Positions 62,337 through 64,000 of a DNA stretch of 64,000 bases are shown here, in pieces. The notes below the pieces were generated by a model. It did no database searches and had not been told where the DNA came from. It worked only from the letters and a program-made list of their open reading frames with translations. The stretch's first letter is position 1. The number at the start of each line of letters is the position of its first letter. The DNA comes from Faecousia sp. (GTDB taxonomy: Bacteria > Bacillota > Clostridia > Oscillospirales > Oscillospiraceae), in the NCBI GenBank assembly GCA_045596215.1, contig JAZOBY010000070.1, positions 636-64,635 on the forward strand, in the 5' to 3' direction. Position numbers and translations under genes: made by a program.

Positions 62337-63398
62337 ATGGAACAGAAAGTTCTGATGAAGGGCAACGAAGCCATCGCTGAGGCTGCCATCCGTGCCGGCT
62401 GTCGCCATTACTTCGGATATCCCATCACACCCCAAACGGAAATTGCCGCATACATGGCTAAGAAAATGCCCAAAATCGGCGGTGTTTTTCTGCAAGCGGA
62501 AAGCGAAATTGCATCCATCAACATGGTTTACGGTGCTGCCGCGGCCGGTATGCGTGCCATGACCTCCTCTTCCAGCCCCGGAATCTCTCTGAAAACCGAA
62601 GGTTTGAGCTACATCGCCGGCTCTGACGTGCCTGCATTCGTCGTCAACGTACAGCGCGGCGGCCCTGGTCTGGGTGGTATTCAGCCTTCTCAGTCCGACT
62701 ATTTCCAGGCAACCAAGGGCGGCGGCCATGGCGACTATCGCATGATCGTCCTGGCTCCCGCTTCCGTGCAGGAAATGGCCAGCCTGACCATCAAAGGCTT
62801 CAACCTGGCTGACAAGTATCTGATGACCGCGATGATCCTTGCTGACGGCACCATCGGTCAGATGATGGAACCCATTTCCTTTGAAGATGCCGAGATTGAG
62901 AAGTACGAAAAGCCCTGGGCACTCACCGGCACCAACTGCGAGCGTAAGCACAACATCGTAAACTCCCTGTACTTAAAGCCGGAGGAGTTGGAAGTCAAGA
63001 ACTTTGAACGCTACGAGCGTTACAAGATCGTAGAAGAAAACGAACCCATGTGGGAAGAGTACATGATGGATGACGCGGAGTATTGCGTCGTAGCATTCGG
63101 TATCGCATCCCGTGTGGCCAAGAATGCTGTTGTTGCCGCCCGTGCTGAGGGCATCAAGGTGGGTCTGATCCGTCCCATCACCCTGTGGCCCTTCCCCACA
63201 AAGGCTCTGAACGCCGCTGCTGACAAGGTCAAAGGCTTTATCAGCGTGGAGCTGAATATGGGTCAGATGATTGAAGATATCAAGCTGGCAACGGAGTGTA
63301 AAAAGCCTGTCGCCCTGTGCAACCGCACCGGCGGCATGATCCCCAGTCCTGACCAGGTTCTGGAATCCATCAAAAACGCAACGAAAGGAGTTTACTGA
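62337..63398 (+). CDS. vorB: 2-oxoacid:ferredoxin oxidoreductase alpha subunit (VorB-like)
   Basis: [42 protein letters not shown]. Confidence 0.88.
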   Translation: MEQKVLMKGNEAIAEAAIRAGCRHYFGYPITPQTEIAAYMAKKMPKIGGVFLQAESEIASINMVYGAAAAGMRAMTSSSSPGISLKTEGLSYIAGSDVPAFVVNVQRGGPGLGGIQPSQSDYFQATKGGGHGDYRMIVLAPASVQEMASLTIKGFNLADKYLMTAMILADGTIGQMMEPISFEDAEIEKYEKPWALTGTNCERKHNIVNSLYLKPEELEVKNFERYERYKIVEENEPMWEEYMMDDAEYCVVAFGIASRVAKNAVVAARAEGIKVGLIRPITLWPFPTKALNAAADKVKGFISVELNMGQMIEDIKLATECKKPVALCNRTGGMIPSPDQVLESIKNATKGVY

Positions 63399-63399
63399 T

Positions 63400-64000
63400 A
63401 TGGCAGTCGTATTTGAAAAACCCAAGGCACTGACCGATGCAGTGCTCCACTACTGCCCCGGCTGTCCCCACGGCATTATCCACCGTTTGGTCGCTGAGGT
63501 TCTGGATGAACTGGGCATTGAAGGCAAGGCCATTGGTGTTGCACCTGTTGGCTGTGCCGTTATGGCATACGATTACTTTGCCTGTGACATGATCGAGGCT
63601 GCCCATGGCCGTGCTCCGGCTGTTGCAACCGGCATCAAGCGTTGCCGCCCCGAAAACGTGGTCTTTACCTATCAGGGCGATGGCGACCTGGCTTCCATCG
63701 GTATGGCCGAAACCGTCCATTCCGCCGCCAGAAACGAAAATATTACCATCATCTTTGTCAACAATGCAATTTACGGCATGACCGGCGGTCAGATGGCTCC
63801 CACTTCCCTGCCCGGACAGGTCACCCAGACCTCTCCTTACGGTCGTGACGTGAAGCATTGCGGCTGGCCTATCCGTGTCAGCGAGATGCTGGCAACCCTG
63901 GAAGGCCCTGAGTACATTGCCCGTGTGGCAGTCAATAACGTCAAGAACGTGAAAAACGCCAAGAAGGCTATCAAGAAGGCCTTTGAAAACCAGATCGAAG
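63400..64000 (+). CDS. 2-oxoacid:ferredoxin oxidoreductase TPP-binding beta subunit, 3'-truncated by the window edge
   Basis: [41 protein letters not shown]. Confidence 0.9.
   Translation, partial: MAVVFEKPKALTDAVLHYCPGCPHGIIHRLVAEVLDELGIEGKAIGVAPVGCAVMAYDYFACDMIEAAHGRAPAVATGIKRCRPENVVFTYQGDGDLASIGMAETVHSAARNENITIIFVNNAIYGMTGGQMAPTSLPGQVTQTSPYGRDVKHCGWPIRVSEMLATLEGPEYIARVAVNNVKNVKNAKKAIKKAFENQIE

Overview
Chromosomal window from a spore-forming Clostridia-type Firmicute (spoIIAA-spoIIAB-sigF, yqfC/yqfD, ylbJ, yunB, cwlD, cotJ, T-box riboswitches). Two things stand out. (1) The spore-coat manganese catalase gene cotJC is split inside its TDIG|TEELGH metal-ligand region by a 9,784-bp element (1304-11087). 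The element carries a large serine recombinase, an XRE switch, a sortase-anchored surface protein, a primase-like Rep, a MobV relaxase and an oriT-like site. Excision at a shared CC/GG dinucleotide restores an in-frame 198-aa CotJC. The element ends form an imperfect inverted-repeat attP, and a mother-cell-type promoter box lies upstream of the recombinase, so this looks like a skin-like developmental gene rearrangement run by a plasmid-like mobilizable element rather than a prophage. (2) At 51.9-64 kb three acyl-CoA synthetases sit behind three separate T-boxes read as Leu, Ile and Val, next to a 2-oxoacid:ferredoxin oxidoreductase operon and a catalytically degenerate LeuA. This suggests a modular route to branched-chain amino acids from branched short-chain fatty acids. 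The rest (12-51 kb) is mostly housekeeping and sporulation genes. All calls come from reading the sequence and motifs; no database searches were run.
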